DNA from: Geosiphon pyriformis uo1
Lineage: Eukaryota; Fungi; Glomeromycota
Length of the DNA stretch: 64,000 bases
Direction of reading: 5' to 3'
Assembly (NCBI GenBank): GCA_016748015.1
Contig: JAAOMT010000441.1
Coordinates: forward strand, 449,128 to 513,127
The notes under the pieces were generated by a model. That model was given only the letters and a program-made list of their open reading frames with translations, was not told where the DNA came from and did no database searches. Position numbers and translations under genes: made by a program. This document shows positions 50,701-62,412 of the stretch, in pieces (position 1 is the first letter of the stretch; each line of letters starts with the position of its first letter).

Positions 50701-52472
50701 ATTTACAGGTTTTTGGTTGGGCTCCTTTGGATCCTTTGCAGTTTCCGGTCAGGTTGCGTGTTAGTCTGGTAAACAATTTTTTGGCTGGGATGGTGAAGAT
50801 TTTTCTGGGCAATGAGCTTGCTTTGGTGAACAACCTCCCCACTGCATTTCATAATCCTGGTCGGTTTCTGTTGTCCTCTGTTCTTGGAAAGTCTCTGTAT
50901 TTTGATTTGGTCAAATCTCTTAAATGTTTTGGTGTCGCTTTTGGTAATCAGCTTTTTGATAAGAATGGCATTTTGTTGGATTGGAAAACTTTTTGTCGTT
51001 GGAAAAGGTTGGATCTGCATGGCCCTGTGCCTCACTGGTTCATGGTTTCTTCTGAGTTTTTGAAGGGTCAGGGTTACTTATTTTCTGGTTCTATTGGCTC
51101 TGCGGAAAAGCTTGGTTTGGACATTTTAGGGTCTGAGGAATTTTCTGTGGTAAAAAATGGAGTGCATGATATTTGGTTGGGCTTTTTTGAAGTTTTTACA
51201 GATGGGTCTTTGAGGAAGGCAGGCTCTGCTGAGGTCATCTGTGGTGCTGCTGCATACTTTCCTGTCTTGGATAAAAGCATTGGTGTTGCTGTTCGTGGCC
51301 TTTTGTCATCTACTATGGCCGAGTTACAGACTGTCGCTTTGGCTTTGGAGTGTGTTCCTTCTTCAAGTACTGTGGTGTTATGTCTTGACAGCCAGGCTGC
51401 TATTGATGCATGTGTGTCTGAGATGTCTTTGGTTGCCTCTGATTTCCGTAATCAATGCTGGCTGAAAAGGCGTCATATTTTCAATTTGGTCAAGGATAAG
51501 GATCTTAGCATGAGTTGGGTTAAGGTGAAAGGACACTCTGGGATTCCTAGTAATATGAAAGCTGACTTGGCTGCTGGGGCTGCCTCTGGGTCTCCTTTTT
51601 CCCTTTGTGCTGATGTGCATGAACATTTTTTGGTTGCTGAGGGTGTTGCTGTTTCTGGTAATGTCTGTCATTTTGTCAGGAATATTTTTCAATCGATTTG
51701 TTGTGCTTATTGGGAAGCTGGGCCTGATTGTAACATAGTTCTGGATGTGATGATTGGTTGCATAAACTGGGTTGTCATGGCAAAGGTGTGGCATCCTGAT
51801 TCTCATATGCTTGCTGGGTTCACTAGCCACGCATCCTTAACACTTCGCACTTATGTTATGAAGGCTGTGCATAGGAGATTGCCAGTGGTGGTAAGGAAGA
51901 GGTTGTATGATAAGTGCTACTCTAGTGTATTGTGTTTGTTTTGTGGTAAGGTGGAGTTTTCTGACCATGCTTTTACTTGTGTTCATGAGTCTGGCATCTG
52001 TGGTGAGATTTTGGTGGAGGCTTCTGCCTGTTGGTCAGCCTTGGTTGGTGGTTCTCCTGCTTCTGCCATGTTGCGAGTTTTGTCTCAATGTTCCATTGAT
52101 GTTGGGCTGTACACTTTGGTGTGCAAAAGATTTGTGCTGGAGGAGTAGTATAAGGAGGCTTGTGGTATTTTTGAGGATAGAAAGGTGGCTGCTGCTTGGA
52201 TTGTTGATTATGTCAGGTTTGTTGTTGGGTTATATCGTGCTAAAGTATGGTTGGCTAGGGCCAGCCACCGGGTGGTAATGGAGAAGGCTGGTCTGGTCTG
52301 TGACGTTGGTGTTGTTTCTGAGCTCCTTTGTGGTGTGTCTTCAGTTTTGTCTGATGGTGTTGTGAAATTGCTTGGTATGGCCAATTCCTTTGCTGTTAGC
52401 TTTGGTCATCAGAAGCCTTATTGTTTTTTTTCTGGTCTGGGTGGCAGTGTGTGGGTAATTATAGATGTGTAG
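47787..52472 (+). pseudogene. LINE-B ORF2: APE endonuclease, RT, RNase H, CCHC (~1561 codons, no frameshift)
   Basis: ITETKL, GGDFN, IDYI; RT QDMRKAYNSV, AFVDD, YLG; RH FTDGSL, AELQ, LDSQAA, VKGHSG; CLFCGKVEFSDHAFTC. All ORF pieces are in the same frame. Confidence 0.93.
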
Positions 52473-53077
52473 TGTTGCCTTGTCTGGCCTGAGTGGCTAG
52501 CCACATGTAGAAAGTGCATGAGTCGTGTTTAGTTTGAGCCTCTTAGTTTGGTTCTATGTACTAGATAGCAATTGGGCTACACTTATTAAATGTGTTAATA
52601 AAAAAAAAAAAATTTTTTTAATTTTTTTTAAAATTATTAAAAGTTTTAAGAATAAAAATATCAAATAAGTATATAAATATATAAATTTTTAATAAAATTA
52701 ATAATTGAATTAAAACAGATAACACTAATTTTTATTTGTTTATTAATTTTATTATGATTTTTTTTGGATCATTATATAATTTATTATAATTTTAAAATTA
52801 ATATTGTTTTATTTAATTTTTAATTATTATTATTATTATTTATTTACTTAATTGATTATTTATTAACAAATTACGCTTAGTTTCAAAGTTTTTTAAAATA
52901 TTATTATTAAATTTGAAAATAAGATTGCAATTATGTAATAATTAAGTATCATATTAGATGTAATTTATTGAATTTTTATTTTTATTAAAACTAAACTTTA
53001 TATTTCTTATTTGTAATTTTTAAATAATATTTACGTACATAATTTAATTAATACATTTATTATTTTATTTGTAAAAT

Positions 53078-53510
53078 TTTTTTATTCGCTTTAGAGTGTA
53101 GTCCTTCCACAGTCCACTTATAGATATCTATAGTAGATGTGAATCACACATTTTTCTACACTATATTAGATTAGACAAATTTAGACTTTAAGATTTGTTA
53201 CTTTGTATCTGAAAAGCAAACATAAGTGTTTTCAAGTGTCTTACCCTATGACAGCTGTAAAGCTCCATTAAAACCGAATCCACTATATTCAATAAGCCGC
53301 GAGCCTCCAATTCAGTCTGAGTTTTGGCCAGAGGTTTCCATATTAAATCTTGGTGTTTTGTTTACCAAAAGCGCAACCAATTCCATAGTTTTGGATTTCA
53401 CCAGAGCCAAATCCAGGAATAACTTGATGACTTCCCTATACAAACTCTTTGAGACCAAATCTCTGGCCAAGAATGAATAAGAAAAGCCCTCTTCTAATTC
53501 CGCATTTTTA
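53078..53510 (-). mobile_element. 5'-truncated 3' remnant of a diverged LINE
   Basis: Minus strand reads FLARDLVSKSLYREVIKLF...IWKPLAKTQTELEARGLL, resembling the LINE-B ORF2 C-terminus (CKRFVLEExYKEACGIF...VWLARASHRVVMEKAGLV). AATAAAAAAA tail at ~53078-53087. Confidence 0.55.
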
Positions 53511-54007
53511 AAATGGTTTAAGTCCTTTAATATGATACTAACATAGATGCGGACCCTGTCTATGCCAATATTTTAATCAATAATAAAATAATGAATTTAA
53601 TGATAAAATATTTATAATAATTTTATTTATAAAATAGACATATAATATTAAAAGTAATTACAAAAATAATCACATAATTATTAATTATGAAAATAAAAAT
53701 GATTAATAATTCATTTAATTTAATTTCAATTCAATTTTTTCTATTAAAACTTTACGTTTCTGCAAGATTTTTATATAATCTTGTAACATAATTTCAAGTG
53801 TAGAAAGCGCATGATCCATACCTATAGTACGACTTTGTTTTATATATAATTAGTTAAAGTATATTAAATAAAATTCAAATTTGCCTAAAAAGCTACTTTT
53901 TAATATTTTTTATTAACTTCGATTAATTGAATAAAAAAAAATTCAATATTTGTTTTATATACATTTTCCAAAAAATATTGTTTAAAAGAAAACGTAATAC
54001 AAATTTT

Positions 54008-54009
<2 letters not shown>

Positions 54010-54067
<58 letters not shown>
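54010..54067. repeat. (AAT)n microsatellite
   Basis: Read directly from the sequence. Confidence 0.95.
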
Positions 54068-54455
54068 CAGGTGGCTAGTCACACGTAGAAAGTGCGTGAG
54101 TTTAGTCTATTGCGATACATGTACATGTCTCACAATAATGGAACTTATAAATTTATTTTTCAAAAAATAGTATTTATTTAATTATAATAATAATTTAATA
54201 ATAATAAAAATAAATTTTATACAATTTTATTATTTAATATGCTTTTTGTAAAATAATTAAAATATAAATTATATCTTGAAAAACTTGAGTTTAAAAAAAC
54301 TCGATTCTTATATAAATTTTAATTTATTATCTTTTGTGTTACGTTAAACCACTAAATTGTGAGTCATGATTTCACTGTCCACCAATTTTAAAAAAAAACT
54401 TCAGGATCGAATTATTTTTACGATTTTCATCTACTCATTCCTGAACTTATAACTT

Positions 54456-56896
54456 ATGAGTTTTTCTCTGGCAGTTTTTTCATTTTCAAGCCGTATTTTG
54501 TGGGCAGGCTGCATAAGGGGTTATGGAGGTGTGAAGGGTTTACATAAGACGAAACATCTCTTGGCCACTTCTTACCACTCAACAGTGACTTCGAGCCCTA
54601 ATTTTTATCGTAAATTCTTTTCTAATAATTCATGGACTTCTCAGCGTACTCTTAAAGCTAAACCTACCTTTAACGGGTCCTCACACAACATCCCTTTGAA
54701 GAATCTATATACAATTAAAACCTCAAGTAGTATAGTCAAAGCGCCTTTTTTAGATTACAAGGGCAGTCCTATAAACATCTTCAAATTAAGTCGGCCTTTT
54801 AATAGAAATAAAATACTTCCAAATTTTGATTTTTATTCCAAAAGTAAAGTTAAAAAAGCGAGTAAATCGAAAAGTAAGGTGATTTTAGGGCTTTTTAGTG
54901 TTGCTACTGGTACAATATTTTTGGTCACTTGGGACACACCTTATAGAGATAAAATAAAATTATGGTGTGCTGGAGCTTTCCGATCTGCTGTGACTATAAT
55001 TTCATGGTACGCGAATGTTGATCAGATCCATTTTCTTTAAATTACTTGAGCACATTCGATTTCAACTTTCCGAATAATAACTTCAAGGGCTATTCAAATT
55101 TTTCTGTCGGCTCAGTGTTCTATGCATGCTGGACTATAAATTCCTACATATGCGTTATGCTAGCAAAGGATATGAGTCTGAGGAATACAAGGAAGCTCGT
55201 AATCTGGTCCATCTTCGATGTGCGAATCGACTTTTAAGATTATGTAGATTGAATACTGGGGTATACGTAAAAGGTTTGAATAATTAGTTTACAACCAAAA
55301 ATGAGATAATGTATAAATTTTTGTCTTGGATTTGCAAAATTTCAGTTCTAATCTTTTTTGAACCTAATTCTCAAAAGCGGGACAGCATATCGCTTCGCTG
55401 ACTTATGTAGTCCCAAAACAGTATACTGATGTTCTTTCGGTGCTTCAGGATAAGGCCCCGTATAGGCCAATGAATGAAGTCGAAGCAATAATATCTCAAG
55501 AATTCAACGGCTTAGGCTCCAAAGATTTGTTCACCGAATTTGATGAGACGCCGCTAGCTGCTGCTTCATTGGCTCAAGTCCATAGAGGTAACATCAATAC
55601 TGTGATTAGATACATATACATATCGTTTTCTCAATATTTCAATTATTTTTTCATGATTAACTTAACCTAACCTATCTAACCTAATCATGGTGTTAATTAG
55701 CAAGAAGTAAGGATGGCCATGAGGTCGCTGTTAAAGTACAGTATCCAGACGTGGCACGCTTATTTAATGTGGATGTATGGACAATGCAGACCATGTCTGA
55801 TATGATAACATTTTTCTTCCCTGAATTCGAGTTGTCTTGGATAGTAACCGAGTTCAAGCAGAACTTAATAGCTGAATTTAATTTCGAAGCTGAGGCACGA
55901 AATGCTGAATTGACTAAGCAAAGGTTTCTGCATCGAGGTGAATCATTTTTCGTCCCAAAAATTTATCGAGAACTCAGCACTAAAAGAGTCCTCACAATGG
56001 AATTTGTACATGGAATTAAAATTAATGATCTTGAAGGACTGAGGATTTTGGGTGTTGATCCCACTTGGGTTCGAAATCAGTTACTCGAAGTTTTTGCCGA
56101 AATGATTTTTTGTCACGGAGTTGTACATTGTGATCCACATCCTGGAAATGCACTAGTGACCATATCACCAATTACTAGGAAGCCACAATTAGTACTTTTG
56201 GATCATGGGTTGTATCGTGAACTTTCTGATGATTTTAGAAAGACCTATTGCTCTTTATGGAAGGCACTTGTCTTAAATGACATTGATTCTCTTGCCGAAT
56301 CTGCACGTATCTTGGGGGTCGGCCAATATACAAATTTCCTCCCATTAATTTTCACACAACGAATACCTGATTCACTCTCAATACTTGGAGAAGATATGTC
56401 GCCGGAAGAACGTGCTATAGTGCACCATCAATTAAAGAATGTGAAATTGAGTGATTTATTAGATTTCTTGGAGCGTTTACCTCGTGACATGCTTTTAGTA
56501 TTTCGTACGATTAATCTATTGCGTGGGATTCACAAGCAATTAGGCGGTACACCAATGGAAGTTTTTAGTTTAAACGCAAAATATGCCACACGAGGTTTCT
56601 GGTGTGAGACCAGAGAAGAGAAGCGTCTACGATCTCGAAAAGAAAATGAATTGAGAAAACATGTAAAGTTTACAGAAAACTTGACTAATAATGGAGAAGA
56701 TGTAACGCTTGGATCTATAAGAAAGTGGTATTTGTTTGGTGGTGCGCCAAATCTTAGGCGTAGTTTAGGATATTTAAAAGATCAACTTTGGTTAACCATT
56801 CGTCTTCAAGGAGCTGAACTAATAATAAAGTGCTTGCGATGGTGGTATCGTATTTCAATTACTAATAGTTTTCCTAATACGCCTGTGTTTCAATAA
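54456..56896 (+). CDS. ABC1/UbiB-family atypical kinase (ADCK1/MCP2-like), probably mitochondrial; exons ~54456-55006, 55116-55273, 55378-55588, 55701-56896
   Basis: Spliced YVK|AGQ (KxGQ), AAASLAQVHR, VAVKVQYP, HCDPHPGN, LLDHGLY. GT-AG introns; basic N-terminus. Confidence 0.9.
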
Positions 56897-57377
56897 ACAA
56901 TTTAGATCTTGCACACAATTTGATAAAGATGTTTTAGGAACACTAATTTAACTTCGAGTTATTTTACAAACGGAGGAGCCTTCACTTCATTGCCCACTGG
57001 GATTTATTATCAATAGCAAAATAAGTTATTAGGAAAGCCGGTTTATAGGAATTCAAATATTCGCCCAAAAGACAGTTTCTTCCAATTTCCGCCTCGCCTA
57101 TTGATACTAAAAATAATAATCGGAAACTACAACTTATGAAACATTTGTAAAATCGCCTGAATCCAATTACAAGTTTTCCGATGACATTTATTATGAAAAA
57201 AGTTTCATATTTCAAATATTAAATAATATGCAGTGCATATATTAGAAATTCTACTAAAAATATTAATAATGGCACTCGAGTGTTTTTTGTATAAAAAATG
57301 CTAAAGGGCTTCCATGATACAAATAATAATCAAATTCCGATTCCGATTCCTCTTAAAGTGCCAATATTTGAACCAAT

Positions 57378-59421
57378 TTAATTTACATCTCTTAGTATAC
57401 GCTCTATGTCGTCCCAGCTGTCCGTTGGGACTCTAATGATTTCCCGACCAAAATGATTTTCAAATGATTTTACAAGATTCCAAGTTCGTTGATCGTGGAC
57501 AAAATTAATAGATGCACCTTTTCGGCCGAATCTACCAGTACGTCCAATACGGTGAAGGTAAGTTTCATAATCGGGGTTACCACCCATGTCAGTTGGTAGA
57601 TCATAGTTGATAACGAGGTTCACCTGTAATACATCAATACCTTTTCACATAATTTTTTTCGATTAGTTATGTTCAATTAAATTGTAACTTATAACTAAAA
57701 GGAATTTAAAAATACCCCGTGAAAGAACATTAGTGGCAATCAGCACTTTAGCTTCACCGCGACGAAAAGCATCCATCACTTCATCGCGTTCATTAGGTAA
57801 AAGGCCCCCATGTATATTGATGACTTTGTGACCATTTTCAACCATTCTTCGCGCAATCGTGTCAGCAGTCTCTCGTTTCTATGTTGATTAAAAATATTTA
57901 AAAGTCAGAAAAGAAAAACATAAGAGTGAAATAAGTCGGGATTCACGGGAAATATAATTTTGAAACGTACTTGAACAAAAATAATACTTTGTCCAATAGT
58001 TAATAAAGTGTATAAAGCATCGAGGATTTCAAATTTGTGATCCGCGCTTTTGCAATCCATAAAGAATTGAGAAATAGCATCTACAGACAATTCGTTTTGT
58101 TTCAACTTGAATTGATTTGCGTTTGGAGCAAATCTCTCTGCAAAAGCCCGCACTTGCGGCGGGAAAGTCGCGGAGAAAAGCACAATTTGACATTGCTTTG
58201 GTACCATGCTAGGATTTCAAAAAAAATTGAATTATCATTCTAAGAAGTTTATCAAATTCGATCTACCACTCACTTTTTGATCCTAATACTCTGCTCACCC
58301 AAACTCTGCTGATCTAACATATTGTCCGCTTCATCTAAGACAAAGATTTTGAGATGCCGAGTTTCTACGAGTCTTTTTCTAATCATTTCTGCCATAGTAC
58401 CGGGAGTACCAATGATTAGGTGAGCTGTTACTCTTTGGTCTCGATTGTAGCCATCTTTGATGGCTTCTGCGAGAGTGACGCTTGTAAACTTGCCCATTTG
58501 TTTCACAACAGATATGATCTGCCGTGCAAGCTCACGGGTAGGCGCCAGACACATTGCCTTACATAGAGTGAAAGTCAAGATGATTAAATAAGTCCCCTAA
58601 ACGAATAAATACAAAGTAGTCCAATCTTTTGGGGTCGAGTTGGACAATCCATTACTTGTGTTGTGGGAGAATTGTAATCAATGCGACTGAGCATCGTCAA
58701 AACAAAAGCAGCAGTTTTACCGGTACCCGACTGAGATTGTCCAATCATATGTTGGGGACTAATTTGGAAAATTTATTCAAGGATGAAACTTAATAATCTC
58801 TTTTCCACCTGTAACAACCTTACTATCAGACAATTCTTACGTACGGTTCATTAAGAAGCAAGGGCAAAGCCTTTTCTTGGATTTTTGAAGGCTTTGAAAA
58901 ACCCATTTCATAGATCCCCTTTAGTAAATTAGGCTGTCTAAATAAAAGTTATCCTTCAGTAATTTAGAAATAACTAAAAAGAATGTAAAACACTAATACG
59001 TGATAAAGGCTTACAATCCCAACTCTTCGAAAGTTTTTACAGAAAGTAACTCAGAACCAAGGTTGACAGGCTTGACCTCGACTTCGTGAGCCGACTCTTG
59101 CAGTTCACTGTGTTTTACTTAACGTAATCATAAAAAAGTTAGTTTTCCTCTTCCACTATAGTTAAAAGGCATTGATTTGTGTAATGAAAAAGAAACTTAC
59201 TTTCTTCGGTCTTCATTTCGCCTATTTTCTCCGTCAATGAATCAACAGCTAAAATTGAAAATTAAACATATTTCTTGATTAAAAAAATGTGCCTGGGATC
59301 CTCAGATCCCAAAGACTTGAAAAGCACAATTGAAATGACGTTGAATATGAAACTAGCGAAATTAACCTCCATTACTTGATTCCGACTTTAATGGTATGGT
59401 TCTTGGTGTGGGAGAGGACAT
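57378..59421 (-). CDS. DBP5: DEAD-box RNA helicase Dbp5/DDX19 (mRNA export), about 9 exons
   Basis: [80 protein letters not shown]. Confidence 0.93.
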
Positions 59422-61056
59422 CTTAATCTTTCGACTGTTGAACGAAAAAAATATGTGCATTGAAACTGTTATAATTAGAGTCATTGTGATTCTTTTGACC
59501 AATCATCATTGGCCAATATATAAATTAAAAACCAATAATATATATTTAAGTATTGTATTTTTTGTTTTGTAAATATTCAATTTCTAAATATTATAATAAT
59601 TATTTTATGTGCATTACTTTATTTAGAATTTTACCCAATTATATAACATAATACTTTTTATAATTAATCATATATAATTATAATTATGTAATTTAATTAT
59701 ATTAATTTACATATTATATTATATTATAATATATTATATCAAAGTATAAAATTAAAATTACGTTTTAAATTAATTTATTATTTATGATAAATTATTTTAA
59801 CTTAAGAGTAATTTAATATTCAGATTATAATTAAATAAAATTTTTAATATTTTAAGTTTGGTTACTACATAATTTAACTTTTTAATAAATAATTTTTTAT
59901 TTTATTTTGGCATTTAATAGCCATATTTTGTTTGATACATAATTAAAAATAATTATAAAAATTTTACAATTTTAATAATAGCTAATTTTGTAAATTTTAA
60001 ATATAAAATTGTTATATATAATTTACTTTAATTAATTTATTCAAAAATAACAATTTAATAAAATTTTACTTAATTTTAAGTTATTAATAATTTAATTTAA
60101 TTATTTAAACCATAATTTACTGTATTTACAAACAAAATTTGCTCTGATAATTATGTTAAAAATACAAATAAATATGTAAATTAATGGTTCTTTTATATTT
60201 AATACAAATAAAACTTAAATATTTATTATTATAGATTTTTTTATTTAGCAATAAATAATTTGTAATATAAAATTTTTTAAAATATAAATATATAAATTAA
60301 TTATTTTAATGCTAATAAATCTGATTATATATGTAAATTTAATCATATTTTTTGTTAATTTATATTATTTATTAAGCATAATTATTAGTTTTATAAATAT
60401 AATAAACAAAATAATATATATAATATAAAATAAAATTGTTATTTTAGTTTTTTAAGTATTTTATATAATATTATATAAAATAATCTAAATAAAATATTTT
60501 GGTTTAAAAATTATCTTAAAAAATCATATAACTTTTGATTTATATATGTAATATAAAACAAATAATAATAATAATAATGTAATTTGACCAGTTTTATTTT
60601 GTATAACTGTTATTGTTTTTTATACAACTTGTTATATTTGTATTTTTTTATAATTGTGATTTTTTTATGTAATATTTACATTTTTTGAAGTTTTTATGCA
60701 ATAAAAAAGTCCAAAAAAACCAGTTTTATTAAAGATAAAAACCAAAATTTATATACAAAATATAAGTTATAAGTTTTAAGTATTAAAAAATAATAAATTA
60801 TGATAAAACCAATTATTTAAACAAAAATTATTTAAGATTATAATTTATTAATATTTCAATTTATAATATATTAATTTTTTTTAATAATAATATATAATTT
60901 TTTTAATATTAAAATTTAAAATTAACAGCTATAAACCAAAAAAAAACATTTAAATAAGTGCTAATAAATAATAATAAAAAATACATATAAAATCTTAAAA
61001 ATTTTTTCTATATTTTTATTGGTAAATTTTATTTGTTTTTAGTATTACAATTTTTT

Positions 61057-62412
61057 TATATTTTTATTAATGTATTTAATAAGTAAAGTTCAACCACTAT
61101 CTAGTACATAGAACTAAACTAAATGGCTCAAACTAAATATGATTCACATACTTTCTATATGTGACTAGCCACTCAGGCCAGATAAGGCAACACTACACAC
61201 CTATATTAATATGAAGACTACTATCCAGACCAGAAAAAAAAATAAGACCTGTGATAACCAAAGCTAACAGTAAAAGATTCTAACACACCAAGAAATCTGA
61301 TTATACTATCTGATAACACAGATTCTATACAACATAAAAGATCTGACAACACATCATTATTACCAACCAAACCAGCCTTCTCTATATACACCCTAAACTC
61401 AGATCTTATCAACTATACTTTAGAATAATACAGCTCAACCAACCACCCAACTAAATCAACAACAAAGCTAACAGTTCTCTCTTTCTTATCAAAGACCTCA
61501 ACAGTCTTTCCACACCAATCCTTTAACATGAAACTCTTACATATTATTGAATACAAACCAATATCTAATTGACAAAGATCAAGCACCTGAGAAACAGCAA
61601 AAGAAAACAAGCAATAAATACCAACCAAGAAAGCCCAAAATGCAGAAGCCTCAAACAAAATTTTTCTTCAAATGTCAACATTCTGAGCACAAGTAAAGAC
61701 ATGATCTGGCAATTCCACCTCACTACATAACAAACAAAGCACACCAGAATACTCCTTATTATAAAGTCTCTTACAGACAACAACAGGCAGTCTATGATGT
61801 ACAGTTTTCATCATATATGTGTACAAAATAACTAACTTCTAACTAGTAAACCCTGCAAGCATATATGAATTCGAGTACCACACCCTTAAGGTGGTAACCC
61901 AATCTACATTATCAACTGACATCCTTGAAATCATATTGCAATCAGGACCTGTCTTCCAACAAGTCTAACAAACAGACCTAAATACATCTTGAACAAAGTA
62001 ACGAGTATTGCCAAACACAACTATGTCTTTAGTCATCAAAAAATGTTTCTGTACATTCATGGGTAAAAAAACAAGAGAGCCTGCTGCTTTTCCGGCTAAA
62101 GTATCAGCCTTTATATTACCAACAACCCCAGAATGACCCTTGACCTTAATCCAACACATAGTAAAATTTTTATTCCAGATTAAATTAAAAATATGTTTCC
62201 TTTTTACTCAACAATAATTCCAAAAGTCTGAAGAGGCAAGTAATATCTTAAACACACATGCATCAATAACAGCTTGACTGTCAAGATATAAATCTACATT
62301 ACAAGAAGACAAAACACACTCCAAAGCCAAGACAACTACTTGTAATTCAGTCATAATAGAAGAAAGAAGGCCCTAAACACCTATGTCAACACTCATGTCC
62401 AAAACCAGAAAA
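61057..62412 (-). mobile_element. 5'-truncated LINE-B-family copy (RNase H to 3' end)
   Basis: WIKVKGHSGVVGNIKAD; C-terminus and 3' UTR match 51.3-52.6 kb. Candidate TSD TACAATTTTTT at 61046-61056 and 62413-62423. Confidence 0.88.

Larger units (their letters stand above)
45717..52605 (+). mobile_element. Full-length non-LTR retrotransposon (LINE-B) with RNase H, inactivated by nonsense mutations
   Basis: ORF1 plus ORF2; AATAAA running into poly(A) at 52597-52612; TSD AAAAAAATTTTTTT at 45703-45716 and 52606-52619. Confidence 0.95.

Noticed and set aside
53226-53480. Plus-strand 84-aa ORF as a small host gene
   Set aside because: It is the antisense of a LINE ORF2 C-terminal remnant.
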